Below, piece by piece: positions 34,565 through 34,636 of a stretch of DNA of 34,636 nucleotides. The translations under genes were made by a program, and so were the position numbers. This DNA is from a virus. Its lineage: Duplodnaviria; Caudoviricetes. The notes beneath the pieces are model-generated. The model had not been told where the DNA came from. It did not search any database and saw nothing but the letters and a program-made list of their open reading frames with translations. The first letter of the stretch is position 1; each line of letters begins with the position of its first letter. The stretch is from positions 1-34,636 of the IMG/VR virus record IMGVR_UViG_3300050162_000068. One strand, 5' to 3'.

Positions 34565-34636
34565 TTACGCAAGATCATCACCGAAGTCCGAATCCGTACC
34601 ATCACCGAGATCGTCGAATTCATCGGTATTGGCGGC
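34565..34636 (-). CDS. 3' end of a probable ssDNA-binding protein (DUF2815/T7 gp2.5-like acidic tail)
   Basis: AANTDEFDDLGDGTDSDFGDDLA-stop; upstream of polA, the usual position for such SSBs; only 23 residues visible. Confidence 0.6.
   Translation of the reverse strand, partial: AANTDEFDDLGDGTDSDFGDDLA

Larger units (their letters stand above)
1..34636. mobile_element. Podovirus-type phage/prophage genome (BPP-1/epsilon15-like gene content and order), incomplete at both window edges
   Basis: Contiguous terS-terL-portal-scaffold-MCP-cement-tail tube-ejection proteins-tailspike-lysis on +; polA/VRR-NUC/SNF2/SSB on -; no host housekeeping genes; no tape measure or sheath. Confidence 0.95.

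Noticed and set aside
34504-34623. N-terminal extension of track ORF 34063-34623
   Set aside because: Crosses a terminator and overlaps the acidic SSB tail in another frame

Overview
The whole window is a near-complete tailed-phage (podovirus) genome of the BPP-1/epsilon15-like type. The + strand carries a DUF1353 gene, a divergent-promoter switch with a Cro-like gene, an AEP primase/VirE helicase, an iteron-like origin and a stand-alone HTH. These are followed by terS/terL, a GNAT, the portal, a cassette of fibre-like paralogues, Bbp19-like, scaffold, major capsid and cement genes, tail tube proteins, three ejection proteins, a tailspike and an extended lysis cassette. The - strand carries a TraR-like Zn finger, SNF2 helicase, VRR-NUC, family A DNA polymerase and the tail of an SSB. 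The most notable unexplained signals are: (1) a ~270-nt, heavily base-paired RNA with its own near-consensus sigma70 promoter and terminator, sitting where a CI repressor would be expected; (2) four late promoters GTGTACCT-N18-TAnnnT; (3) three or four proteins next to the portal that share an N-terminal module but have different C-termini; (4) a C-terminal (A/I)-A-x-x-L-Y-(P/G) motif shared by the scaffold, the staple protein and an unlisted 50-aa basic protein; (5) a free-standing paralogue of the primase-helicase C-terminal domain beside the origin. All family assignments come from motif recognition by eye; no database search was run.
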